64,000 nucleotides of DNA from [Candidatus Thermochlorobacteriaceae] bacterium GBChlB (GTDB lineage: Bacteria; Bacteroidota; Chlorobiia; Chlorobiales; Thermochlorobacteraceae): NCBI GenBank assembly GCA_000724175.1, contig JPGV01000018.1:15647-79646 (forward strand). The letters run 5' to 3'. Every line of letters starts with the position of its first letter. Position 1 is the stretch's first letter. Of this stretch, positions 36,234-45,551 are shown piece by piece. Under the pieces are notes generated by a model that saw nothing but the letters and a program-made list of their open reading frames with translations, searched no databases and had not been told where the DNA came from. The position numbers and the translations under genes are program-made.

Positions 36234-36377
36234 CTCTACAAGCGACAGCAGTGGATTGGATAGTTCATCGGGACAACGCCCCCAGCGCCTGTTGCTCTGC
36301 CCAAGTGCTGGAACGGCGCTGCACGCATCATTGAAACGCATTAGGCGCGGGATAGTCTCTTTAAGAAAACACACTGT

Positions 36378-37523
36378 TTATGTTGCCGATTCTTTTCGAC
36401 CGACGAACTCAATCACCTGTTCGCTGATGTAAGCAATTTGCTCTTCGTCCAACTCGGTGTGCATCGGCAGCGAGAGAACCCGCTCGGCGATGGATTCGGC
36501 AATCGGCAAAGCGCCTTTCGGGTAGCGCTCGTCGCGGAACGCGGTTTGCAAGTGCAAGGCAATCGGGTAATGCACTGAACTCGGCACGCCGCGCGACGAT
36601 AAAAACTGTTGCAGCTTATCGCGCATTCCCGCTTTCGGCAACAAAACGGTGTATTGATGAAAAATATGCGTTGCGTTGATGTCTCGATACGGTGTTTGAA
36701 GATTCGCTTGCGAGAGGTAATGGTCGTAGAGCGCGGCAGCAGCTTGACGCGCCTTGTTGAACTCGTCCAAGTATTTCAATTTGACGTTCAGCACAGCAGC
36801 TTGAATCGTATCGAGCCGAGAATTGACGCCGAGCAGTTCATGCGTGTATCGAACTTTTGCGCCGTGCTGCGCAATCATTTTGAGTTTCCAAAAGAGGTCT
36901 TCTTCGTGCGTGAAAAGAGCGCCCGCGTCGCCGAATGCGCCGAGATTTTTCGCGGGAAAAAAACTTGTCGTGCTGACCCTGCCGAATGACCCAACCTTTT
37001 TGCCTTTGTATTCTGCGCCAAACGATTGCGCGTTATCCTCGATGAGGTCGAGTCCGTGATGACAGGCAATATGCGTGATGCGCTCGATTTCCGCAGGCTG
37101 ACCGTAAAGATGAACCGGCATAATCGCCTTTGTGTTTGGTGTAATGGCGGCCTCGAGCAAGTCGGCGTCCATGTTAAAGGTTTGTTCATCGATATCAACG
37201 TAGCGTGGTGTTGCGCCGACAAGCACAATTGCCTCGACTGTTGCAGCAAATGTGAACGGTGTTGTAATCACTTCATCGCCTTTGCCGATGCCCAGCGCCA
37301 TGAGTGCAATTTGCAGCGCGTCTGTTCCGTTGGCGCATCCAAGCGCATATTTAACGCCGAGATATTTAGACAATGCGCATTCCAACTCGCCGACCGGCGC
37401 GCCGTTGATAAAGCTGGCGCTCGCGATGACTTTCTCGATTTCTGCGTCAAGTTCGGGCTTCAAGCGGTCGTGCAGCGAGACAAGATCGACCAAGTGAATT
37501 TTTTTTGTCAACGTTTGGGTCAT
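36378..37523 (-). CDS. DegT/DnrJ/EryC1/StrS-family sugar aminotransferase
   Basis: 381 aa with CANGTDALQIALMALG and the PLP-lysine region FFPAKNLGAFGDAG. Confidence 0.85.
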   Translation of the reverse strand: MTQTLTKKIHLVDLVSLHDRLKPELDAEIEKVIASASFINGAPVGELECALSKYLGVKYALGCANGTDALQIALMALGIGKGDEVITTPFTFAATVEAIVLVGATPRYVDIDEQTFNMDADLLEAAITPNTKAIMPVHLYGQPAEIERITHIACHHGLDLIEDNAQSFGAEYKGKKVGSFGRVSTTSFFPAKNLGAFGDAGALFTHEEDLFWKLKMIAQHGAKVRYTHELLGVNSRLDTIQAAVLNVKLKYLDEFNKARQAAAALYDHYLSQANLQTPYRDINATHIFHQYTVLLPKAGMRDKLQQFLSSRGVPSSVHYPIALHLQTAFRDERYPKGALPIAESIAERVLSLPMHTELDEEQIAYISEQVIEFVGRKESAT

Positions 37524-37526
37524 GCT

Positions 37527-38813
37527 TTAATCTGGTAACATAAGTTGTTCAAATTCTCTGGCGAGTTGTTCGGTCAAGTTGCGTCGATTGTATCGCTCGA
37601 CCATCTCGGGCGGCGGAACGGGCAGCGACTGTGTTTTCCATAAACGGTAAAGTTCTAAAATTTTCTCCGCAATTTCCCATGGACTATTTGGGTGCGCGGT
37701 AAGCCCGTTGGCATCGAGAATAAAATTTTTCGAGGCGCCCTCTGGCACAATGCCGAATAGCGTTTTACCTGCGGCAATATATTCAAACAATTTCGCGGCG
37801 GTAATGTTTCCCATGCCGCGCATGTCAGCGAGCGTCGCCCAAAGCACATCGCCTTTCAAAATTTCTTTCACGGCCTCGAGGTGCGGACGATAGCCTTTGG
37901 ATTCAACCAGAAATTGCAGCCCGAACGATTCGGCAAGTTTCATATACTCTTTTGGAAAGACACCGACAAACACAGCTTCGACTTTCTCGCGCAGTTCAGG
38001 CTGTTGGTCAACAGCGAGCTTCAAGCCGTGAAAAAACGGCTTCGGTGAACTGTTGTAAAATCTGCCTGAATAGACAAAGCGAAGTTTTCGAGCGATTCGC
38101 TTATCGGGATTCGCCAACGCAAAATCCTCAGGGTCAAATCCATGCGGAATAATGCTGACGTCTTTGTGTGTGAGTTTGCCGAAGTAGCGTTTAATCCAAT
38201 CTTCTTTCAAAGCGCGATTGACCGCAATGATTCTATCTGCCTTCATCAACACGGATTCTTCGAGTGCAAGATGTCGTCGCTTGTGAAACGGCGACCAATA
38301 CAAATGCGATGGGTTGTTCACCCAAGGGTCACGAAAATCGACGACAAGTGGCAGTTGATATTTGCTGCGCAGTTCCAGACCGACAAGGTGCGCTGTAAAG
38401 GGCGGCGCCGTCGAGAAAATCACATCGATGTGCTCTCGCTCAATAATTTCCGACGCTTTGGCGAGCGCAAATTTTTTCCAGCCGATTTTATTATCGGGAA
38501 TGAACACCAATTGTGAAAGCGCGCTTAAAAATCTCCTTGACGATTCGGCAGGCATAGTAAGGTCGCGCGTGCCAGACGTTTGCGCTGCGGCTTTGGTGAT
38601 GTCCCTTGTATCAGTGCGGATAATTTCAACATCTCGACGTTTTAACTCGTCGAGCAGCGTCTCATCAAATGCGTAGTAAGCCGTTGGGTTAATCGTCAGC
38701 ACAAAGGGTTTCCAGCCGAAGTCAGGCAGATACTTGACGAACTTGGCGGTGCGCTGCACGCCTGAAAGTCCCATCGGCGGAAAGTAGTAGGCAATGACTA
38801 ACACTTTTTTCAT
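37527..38813 (-). CDS. Glycosyltransferase (GT-B fold), paralog A
   Basis: MKKVLVIAYYFPPMGLSGVQRTAKFVKYL...FIPDNKIGW...FRDPW. It is clearly homologous to the next gene. Start at ATG 38813; the track TTG start is 38858. Confidence 0.7.
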   Translation of the reverse strand: MKKVLVIAYYFPPMGLSGVQRTAKFVKYLPDFGWKPFVLTINPTAYYAFDETLLDELKRRDVEIIRTDTRDITKAAAQTSGTRDLTMPAESSRRFLSALSQLVFIPDNKIGWKKFALAKASEIIEREHIDVIFSTAPPFTAHLVGLELRSKYQLPLVVDFRDPWVNNPSHLYWSPFHKRRHLALEESVLMKADRIIAVNRALKEDWIKRYFGKLTHKDVSIIPHGFDPEDFALANPDKRIARKLRFVYSGRFYNSSPKPFFHGLKLAVDQQPELREKVEAVFVGVFPKEYMKLAESFGLQFLVESKGYRPHLEAVKEILKGDVLWATLADMRGMGNITAAKLFEYIAAGKTLFGIVPEGASKNFILDANGLTAHPNSPWEIAEKILELYRLWKTQSLPVPPPEMVERYNRRNLTEQLAREFEQLMLPD

Positions 38814-38854
38814 AGCGTAATCTGGCGCAATAGAAGCAAGTTGACTTAACCGGT

Positions 38855-40189
38855 TCAACGCGAGAGCGAGTTGATATGCAACGGCGTTAAATCATGAACA
38901 AGCGATGCTAATTTTTTCGATGCTTCACGCCGCGTATATTTTTGAATGACCTCGCTTCGCCCGTCCCACAAGGGTTTGCGGGCGATGAACAAGTTATAGT
39001 AGTTTAAAAACGCATCAGCGATTTCGGCTTCGCTTCGAAAATACGCAACCGTTCCCGCATTCGTCTCACGAATCAGCGTGGCAATTGCGCCCTCGGGCGC
39101 CAGCGTGATAACCGGGCGCGACGTGCCGATATATTCATATACTTTGCCCGGCACAATTTCATCGCTGCCGTCCGCATCATCGACCACCAGCAAGAGCGCG
39201 TCCGATTTGAGCAACTCCAACACGCTGTCGCTATGCGGCATGTATGACTTTACGACAATAGATTGTTTCAGTGTCGGTTCGTCGAAGAGCGGCATAATGT
39301 TCGAGCCAAAGCGACCGATGAATTTTAACTCGATGTTGTCGGCGTCAACTTTGCCCTCCACAACGAGCCGTTTGACGGCGGCAAGAAAGTGTTCTGGTGA
39401 GCGCTTGCCATACATAGACCCTGTATAGCACACCGTAAATTTGTCGTTGCGCGGAAACGCTATTTTTGGAATGTCAGCATCGTCGAAGCCATTTTCAATG
39501 TGAATAATTTTTGCGGCGTCAATGTCGGGATATTTTTTTTGAAAGTCTTTAGCAATGCCGCGCCACGCAACCTCGAGTCGGCTGCACTCTGCATAGACGC
39601 TGCGTTCCAAATGCGCATCAATTTTTTTAGCGAGTCCGTATCGCGTCGGCGTTGAGAGAAATCCCGTCCAAGGATCTCGGAAGCCTGCAATCCATGGCAG
39701 TCCAGTGTGGCGTTTCAATGCTCGCGCAATAAGCGCGGACGTGTAGGGCGGCGACGATGAATACAAACAGTCAATCTGTTCATCATGAATAATTTTTTCG
39801 CCAAGTGAAACGGCATATCGTAACCAACCGATTCGCGCGTCGGGAATAAAAAAATTGCTTCGCACAAACTCGGCGAGTGTTTCCGCAAGCGAACGTGTTT
39901 CGCCCGGCTTCGGAATGTTGTTAACATCGACTGGTGCGTCGTCAGGCTTCCCAGTGAGCTTGCGATAGAGTTTGTATGGCTCAAAAATTTTGGAGCGGTA
40001 GACTCTGACGTCGTCGGGAATTTCGTGCATCAGGCTGTCGTCGCGCACCGGGAAGTCGCCGTTCTCGACCGTCAGAACAACCGGACGCACCTCGAACTCG
40101 CGCAGGTATTTGACGAATTTCAAAACGCGCTGCACACCCGGACCACCCGATGGCGGAAAGTAGTATGAAATAACAAGCAGATGTTTCAT
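38855..40189 (-). CDS. Glycosyltransferase (GT-B fold), paralog B
   Basis: MKHLLVISYYFPPSGGPGVQRVLKFVKYL...FIPDARIGW...FRDPW. The ATG at 40189 overlaps the upstream stop (ATGA). Confidence 0.7.
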   Translation of the reverse strand: MKHLLVISYYFPPSGGPGVQRVLKFVKYLREFEVRPVVLTVENGDFPVRDDSLMHEIPDDVRVYRSKIFEPYKLYRKLTGKPDDAPVDVNNIPKPGETRSLAETLAEFVRSNFFIPDARIGWLRYAVSLGEKIIHDEQIDCLYSSSPPYTSALIARALKRHTGLPWIAGFRDPWTGFLSTPTRYGLAKKIDAHLERSVYAECSRLEVAWRGIAKDFQKKYPDIDAAKIIHIENGFDDADIPKIAFPRNDKFTVCYTGSMYGKRSPEHFLAAVKRLVVEGKVDADNIELKFIGRFGSNIMPLFDEPTLKQSIVVKSYMPHSDSVLELLKSDALLLVVDDADGSDEIVPGKVYEYIGTSRPVITLAPEGAIATLIRETNAGTVAYFRSEAEIADAFLNYYNLFIARKPLWDGRSEVIQKYTRREASKKLASLVHDLTPLHINSLSR

Positions 40190-41331
40190 GAGCGTAATTT
40201 GGAGTCTAATCGCTCGACGGCTTCGGCGAAAGCGTCCCATGAATACTGCTTCTTTTCCGCACGAATGTTCGCCGTAAAATCGATGTCATGTCGAGACTCA
40301 TAAAACATTTTGACGCCGTCAACAATCGCGTCCGAGTTATTTGGCTCAACAACAAAGCCCGTTTTCCCGTCAATCACCACCTCTGAAAGCCCGCCAACGT
40401 TGGTTACAACGGACGGCAGGTCGAAGTGATAAGCAATTTGCACGATGCCCGACTGTGTCGCCGAGCGATACGGCAGAACTGCACAATCTGCTGCGCAAAA
40501 GTAAGTTGAGACGTCATCATTCGGAATGTAGTCGGTGGCGAGCAAGAGATGATTTGAAATACCTAACGATGAAATTTTGTCTCGATAGAGTTGTTCATTG
40601 CTGTAAAATTCGCCGGCAATAATGAGCGTCAAGTCGGGAAATGCTTTCGTGAGTTCAGGCATAGCGTCGAGCAAAAGGTCGAGCCCTTTGTATGAGCGAA
40701 TGTATCCAAAAAAGAGAATCACTTTTTGCGATTCAGACAGCCCTAATTTTTGCCGCGCTTCAGTTTTTGAAATCGCATTGCCGAAGATGTTGTAAATCGG
40801 GTGCGATGATTTTTCATACCTCGCCGTCGGAAATTCTTTCTTCAAGTCGGACTCGACTTTATCGGACATCGCTACATATCCGTCGACGAGGCGTGTGGCA
40901 AGCCAGAGCAAAATGACGTCGCCAACACGTGTTTCATGCGGCTTGAAATTATCGAGAATGTAAATCACTTTGGTTTTGGAGCGCAGTTTGGCGATGAGCG
41001 AAATCACAAAATAGGCGGGCGCAAAAAACGGAATCCAATACTTGAACAATACCACGTCGGGCGCAAGGTCATAGACGCGCAAGCCGACTTGAATCCACGA
41101 AAGCGGATTGACGGAATCGAGCAAGACTTCTGCATTGGTTTTGTAGAGGTCGTCTTCCGTGCCTTGTTCTGCTTGTGTCTTGCCCGGAAAAAAAAGTTTG
41201 GGATACTGCCGAGAAAATGTGATTGCCGTTACCCTATGTCCGCGCTCAGTTAATTTCTGATACAGCAACGTGTTGAAGTGCGCAATGCCGCCTCGGAGCG
41301 GATAAAATGTGCTGACGAAAGCGATATTCAC
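40186..41331 (-). CDS. Glycosyltransferase family 4 (GT1/GT4-type)
   Basis: 381 aa with a GTG start. N-terminus FVSTFYPLRGGIAHF, and a C-domain with the E-x7-E-like region SATQSGIVQIAYHFDLPSVVTNVGGLSEVV. Confidence 0.75.
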   Translation of the reverse strand: MNIAFVSTFYPLRGGIAHFNTLLYQKLTERGHRVTAITFSRQYPKLFFPGKTQAEQGTEDDLYKTNAEVLLDSVNPLSWIQVGLRVYDLAPDVVLFKYWIPFFAPAYFVISLIAKLRSKTKVIYILDNFKPHETRVGDVILLWLATRLVDGYVAMSDKVESDLKKEFPTARYEKSSHPIYNIFGNAISKTEARQKLGLSESQKVILFFGYIRSYKGLDLLLDAMPELTKAFPDLTLIIAGEFYSNEQLYRDKISSLGISNHLLLATDYIPNDDVSTYFCAADCAVLPYRSATQSGIVQIAYHFDLPSVVTNVGGLSEVVIDGKTGFVVEPNNSDAIVDGVKMFYESRHDIDFTANIRAEKKQYSWDAFAEAVERLDSKLRS

Positions 41332-41550
41332 AACAGAGCAATTTTTTTTTCACCCGAGCGGCTACCTTTGAGAATGGAACTGCCGCGTTCAGGGCGTTCA
41401 GGATTGATGATACTTGTTTGTTGGCGTAGGTCAATCAAGACATCTACTTCTGTTAAATCGTCGCTACTTGTCAGTTCAATATCTGTAGATGTGATTCCCA
41501 TCAATTTGTCGTTTGGCGTTCATTAAACGAGTGCGCCGGAAAGATACGCA

Positions 41551-41751
41551 TTACATGGTTGAGCCTTTCCAAGTTCCACCGTATTGATAATGCGGATTGC
41601 CGTCGCTGAACTTTTTCCAGCACTCGTCGCAGACGAAATCCCACCGTTTGGTTTGGTCGTAGCGAATCCGATACAAGCGTGATTGATGTTGTTTGCACGA
41701 AAAGCACGATTTCAACTTCGGCGAAAATTTACCAGTCTTAGGAGTGTTCAT
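41551..41751 (-). CDS. Small zinc-ribbon protein (2 x CxxC)
   Basis: 66 aa with C16-x2-C19 and C41-x2-C44 (CFSCKQ ... CDECW). It lies immediately downstream of the GT9 gene on the same strand. Confidence 0.5.
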   Translation of the reverse strand: MNTPKTGKFSPKLKSCFSCKQHQSRLYRIRYDQTKRWDFVCDECWKKFSDGNPHYQYGGTWKGSTM

Positions 41752-41777
41752 GGTTCAAACCATCAATGGCGATTCAA

Positions 41778-42869
41778 TCAGTGTTTTCGGGCTTCTGCAA
41801 GGCGTCGCATCACGGCGTTAAAAACGGTGTCGGGCGAAATATCTTTCATGCAGTGGACGCCGCCGTTTTTTTCTCGCAAACATTTCGGCGCGTAGTAACA
41901 GTCGCAGCCTGTCGGTGGCTCGATAATTTCGCCGCGCCCATAGAGTTCAAACTCGTGTTTGTTGAAAATGTTGTTGAGCAAGACGAGTTGTTTTTTTCTG
42001 CCTAAGGCAAGGTGCATCGCCATGGTAACTTGCGAGACGACCGCATCGCATTGGTCAATGAGGTCGATGAATGTTTTGAGCGAAAAAAAACCGAAATATG
42101 TCGCGCCTGTTGTGTCGGCATAGACCAGATTTTTTTGATGCTCTTGTTCGCCGCCAAGCAAGACGACCTCGCAGCCTTGTTCAATGAGTTTTTTAGCAAG
42201 TGCGGTCCAATTCTCGTCTGCCCAAAGGCGCGTTGTCCAACGACCGCCGCACCCGGTATTCAATCCGACAATCGGTTTAGTGCGGTCAAGTTTCCAAATG
42301 TGTTGCCCTGCCTCGTGGTTATCGAGCGCGTATTCTTCGCCGTGAAACTTAAACCCAGCAATCTCAAAAATTTCCTGCGGATAGGATGCCGTATTGGCTT
42401 TGCTGACATCGTCGAAGACGCCAGTGTAAAACTTATGCTTGGCATCAGCGTCAATGGGTGCGCATTTGCCATCTTTGAGCATAAAGCCTTTTTTGACGGC
42501 TGCATGAACACGGTTCATCAGTGCGCACGCTTCGCGGTCTTTATCAAGATTAACGGCGAAGTCGAACTCTGTCGATTCAATCGTCAGCAAGTTTTGCAGC
42601 GTGAAATCCAACTTCACATCGACGCTCTCGGGAAGTACATCGGGCGAGTATGTCAGCCAGTAGATCAGCGCGTTAGGATGTTGTGCTTTCAGCGGAGAGA
42701 GAAGCGGCGTTGTTCGAATGACGTCGCCAATCGCGCCGAGTTTGATGATGAGAAGACGTTGGTCAGCTTTGTCGTAGTAGGCACAGCCATCGCAGTGGAC
42801 GCCATGCTGTTTATGTGGCTTGCAAGGAAGGTCGCCGCGAAAATGTCGGCAGTCGGTGTGAAGAATCAC
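41778..42869 (-). CDS. Glycosyltransferase family 9 (heptosyltransferase-like) with Cys-rich termini
   Basis: GT9 N-motif LLIIKLGAIGDVIRTTPLL and C-domain GLNTGCGGRW...VVLLGGEQE. There are extra Cys clusters at residues 7/16/26/29 and 322/324/330/340. Confidence 0.75.
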   Translation of the reverse strand: MILHTDCRHFRGDLPCKPHKQHGVHCDGCAYYDKADQRLLIIKLGAIGDVIRTTPLLSPLKAQHPNALIYWLTYSPDVLPESVDVKLDFTLQNLLTIESTEFDFAVNLDKDREACALMNRVHAAVKKGFMLKDGKCAPIDADAKHKFYTGVFDDVSKANTASYPQEIFEIAGFKFHGEEYALDNHEAGQHIWKLDRTKPIVGLNTGCGGRWTTRLWADENWTALAKKLIEQGCEVVLLGGEQEHQKNLVYADTTGATYFGFFSLKTFIDLIDQCDAVVSQVTMAMHLALGRKKQLVLLNNIFNKHEFELYGRGEIIEPPTGCDCYYAPKCLREKNGGVHCMKDISPDTVFNAVMRRLAEARKH

Positions 42870-42911
42870 GGGTATGAACAGAGTTTAGCGTTATTTTGCT
42901 TCTGGCGCGGA

Positions 42912-43178
42912 TTAAGTTTCGCCGAAGCCGTCTTCAAAGAGTTTCGTGATTTCGGCGGCAGCCTCTTTTTCGTCTGCGCCCTTGAACTTCAGCTTCAATT
43001 TCGAGCCTTTGGGCGCGGCAAGCGTCATAACGCTGATGATTGACTTCGCGTTGATTTCAACGCCATCTTTCTCAATGAAAAAATCTGCTTTGTATTTTGC
43101 GGCAAGTTTGACAATCGCCGCCGCCGGCCGCGTGTGCAAGCCCGCTTTGTTTTTAATTATGACGTCTTTGGTAATCAT
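42912..43178 (-). CDS. HPr-family phosphocarrier protein
   Basis: 88 aa with the His15 site GLHTRPAA and the Ser46 region NAKSIISVMTL. Confidence 0.85.
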   Translation of the reverse strand: MITKDVIIKNKAGLHTRPAAAIVKLAAKYKADFFIEKDGVEINAKSIISVMTLAAPKGSKLKLKFKGADEKEAAAEITKLFEDGFGET

Positions 43179-43186
43179 ATCGCAAA

Positions 43187-44194
<1,008 letters not shown>

Positions 44195-44224
44195 TTACGC
44201 CGCGAATTGTTCTGCAAAAAATCA

Positions 44225-44860
44225 TTATTGGTGTCGCGAAAACCGTTGTTCAAGGTCAGCGATTTTTTGAAGTCGCGCCAAATGCCGCCCGCCTTCAAAC
44301 GGCGTATCGAGAAACGCTGCGACGATGCTTTTCAAACTCTCGATGCCAAGCGTCTTTGCGCCGAGCGTAAGCACGTTGGCGTCGCCGTGGGCGCGGGCAA
44401 TGCGCGCCGAAAATTCGTTGTAACAACATGCCGCGCGAATCGACGGCAGCTTGTTCAAGACAACCGCCGACGCCGTGCCAACGCCGTCGAGCATAAGTCC
44501 AAACGTTGCCCGACCAGAGCGCACCGTGTCGCCGACCAACAGCGCAAAATCAGGATAGTCGCAACTTTGTTCCGACATCGTTCCGACGTCAATCACCCGA
44601 TACTGTTTTTCTGCCAAAAATTTTTTCAGTTCCGCCTTTGCTGCAACGCCCGAGTGGTCGCTGCCGATAACGACATCAACCATAGCCGACTGAACTGCCG
44701 CCGACTGACTGCTCGAGGCGTCGACAAATCGGACGCCCAATATTTTTGCTGTATCTCGCGCAAGCGGCGTAATCAACGCACGCGGCTCGATAACTATCTC
44801 GCGCTTGCCAGCGCGGGCGGCAGCAATCACATCACTTTCAGCGATAAGCTGACGACGCAC
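44225..44860 (-). CDS. rpiB: Ribose-5-phosphate isomerase B (RpiB/LacAB family) with an N-terminal extension
   Basis: The core is VVIGSDHSGVAAKAELKKFL...DYPDF...LMLDGVGTASAVVLNKLPSIRAA...RAHGDANVLTLG. Start uncertain: GTG 44860 is preferred, with TTG 44875 or the track GTG 44932 as alternatives. Confidence 0.75.
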   Translation of the reverse strand: MRRQLIAESDVIAAARAGKREIVIEPRALITPLARDTAKILGVRFVDASSSQSAAVQSAMVDVVIGSDHSGVAAKAELKKFLAEKQYRVIDVGTMSEQSCDYPDFALLVGDTVRSGRATFGLMLDGVGTASAVVLNKLPSIRAACCYNEFSARIARAHGDANVLTLGAKTLGIESLKSIVAAFLDTPFEGGRHLARLQKIADLEQRFSRHQ

Positions 44861-44937
44861 GACTTGAGTTGACAAAATTGATTCACAGAAGTTCGTTGTA
44901 TTTTCGAGGGTAAAATTTACGCCAAAAAACACGGCTT

Positions 44938-45267
44938 ATGGCAAAGAAAAAAGCAACCGATAGCCTCTCGCCCGAAAAAGCGTCGAGCAAAAAAACACTT
45001 GAAGAGCTTATTTCGCGCTTGGAGGAAATTTCTCGCCTAATTCAAGACGGCGACATTGGCTTGGAAGACTCTATTGAACTTTACGATGAAGGCAAACGCA
45101 TTGCCAAAGAATGTTCAGAACGGCTGACGGCGGCGCAACAAAAATTGCAACTCATCGATCCGAACTTAATTGACACAAATTCAAGTGCGCCCGACGCCGC
45201 GCCTGACAAAGACGACGATTTCAACGACACGCTGCCAAACAACAGCGCCAATGGGCTTTTTGCCTAA
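44938..45267 (+). CDS. xseB: Exodeoxyribonuclease VII small subunit
   Basis: LEELISRLEEISRLIQDGDIGLEDSIELYDEGKRIAKECSERL is the XseB helical-hairpin signature. An acidic C-terminal tail is present. Confidence 0.8.
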   Translation: MAKKKATDSLSPEKASSKKTLEELISRLEEISRLIQDGDIGLEDSIELYDEGKRIAKECSERLTAAQQKLQLIDPNLIDTNSSAPDAAPDKDDDFNDTLPNNSANGLFA

Positions 45268-45322
45268 GATGGTTGGCGCAAATGGAGATGTCTTGATTGA
45301 CACATCGAGATAACATCGAAAC

Positions 45323-45353
45323 AAAAAAGTCCCGATGATGCGCGGGACTTTTT
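45323..45353. terminator. Bidirectional rho-independent terminator between xseB and tRNA-Asn
   Basis: AAAAAA-GTCCCG-atgatgcg-CGGGAC-TTTTT. The 7-bp stem AGTCCCG/CGGGACT is flanked by an A-run and a T-run. Confidence 0.7.
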
Positions 45354-45360
45354 CGGGTTG

Positions 45361-45432
45361 CTCCGCGAGCAGGATTCGAACCTGCGACCCATCGGTTAAC
45401 AGCCGATTGCTCTACCGCTGAGCTATCGCGGA
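45361..45432 (-). tRNA. tRNA-Asn (anticodon GTT)
   Basis: The minus strand reads TCCGCGATAGCTCAGCGGTAGAGCAATCGGCTGTTAACCGATGGGTCGCAGGTTCGAATCCTGCTCGCGGAG. The 7-bp acceptor stem, D arm, anticodon arm (CT-GTT-AA loop) and T arm (GTTCGAATC) all pair. CCA is not encoded. Confidence 0.95.
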
Positions 45433-45449
45433 ATGTTACATAAGGGCTG

Positions 45450-45457
45450 CAAAAATA
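45450..45457 (-). promoter_or_regulatory. Candidate -7 box TATTTTTG (exact TAnnTTTG) for tRNA-Asn
   Basis: The minus strand reads ccgTATTTTTGcagc. The box ends 17 nt upstream of the mature tRNA 5' end. Confidence 0.4.
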
Positions 45458-45497
45458 CGGCGACGCTTTCACATCTGCAATGCTTTTAGAATTTTTT

Positions 45498-45516
45498 TTC
45501 GAATTCGAGATTCGAA
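45498..45516. promoter_or_regulatory. Cluster of TTCGAA palindromes (TTCGAATTCGAGATTCGAA) in a divergent promoter region
   Basis: Read directly. TTCGAATTCGA is part of a 12-nt near-perfect palindrome. It lies immediately upstream of the yceD -7 box and is a possible operator. Confidence 0.3.
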
Positions 45517-45519
45517 CCC

Positions 45520-45527
45520 TATATTTG
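45520..45527 (+). promoter_or_regulatory. Candidate -7 box TATATTTG (exact TAnnTTTG) for the yceD-rpmF-pls/fab operon
   Basis: It ends 24 nt upstream of ATG 45552. Confidence 0.4.
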
Positions 45528-45551
45528 CGCTCTTTTTGTTGAGGGCAAGTT

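Noticed and set aside
45361-45432. tRNA-Asn as an integration site for a genomic island.
   Set aside because: No integrase, excisionase or phage genes lie on either side, and I noticed no duplicated copy of the tRNA 3' half nearby. Both flanks are housekeeping genes.
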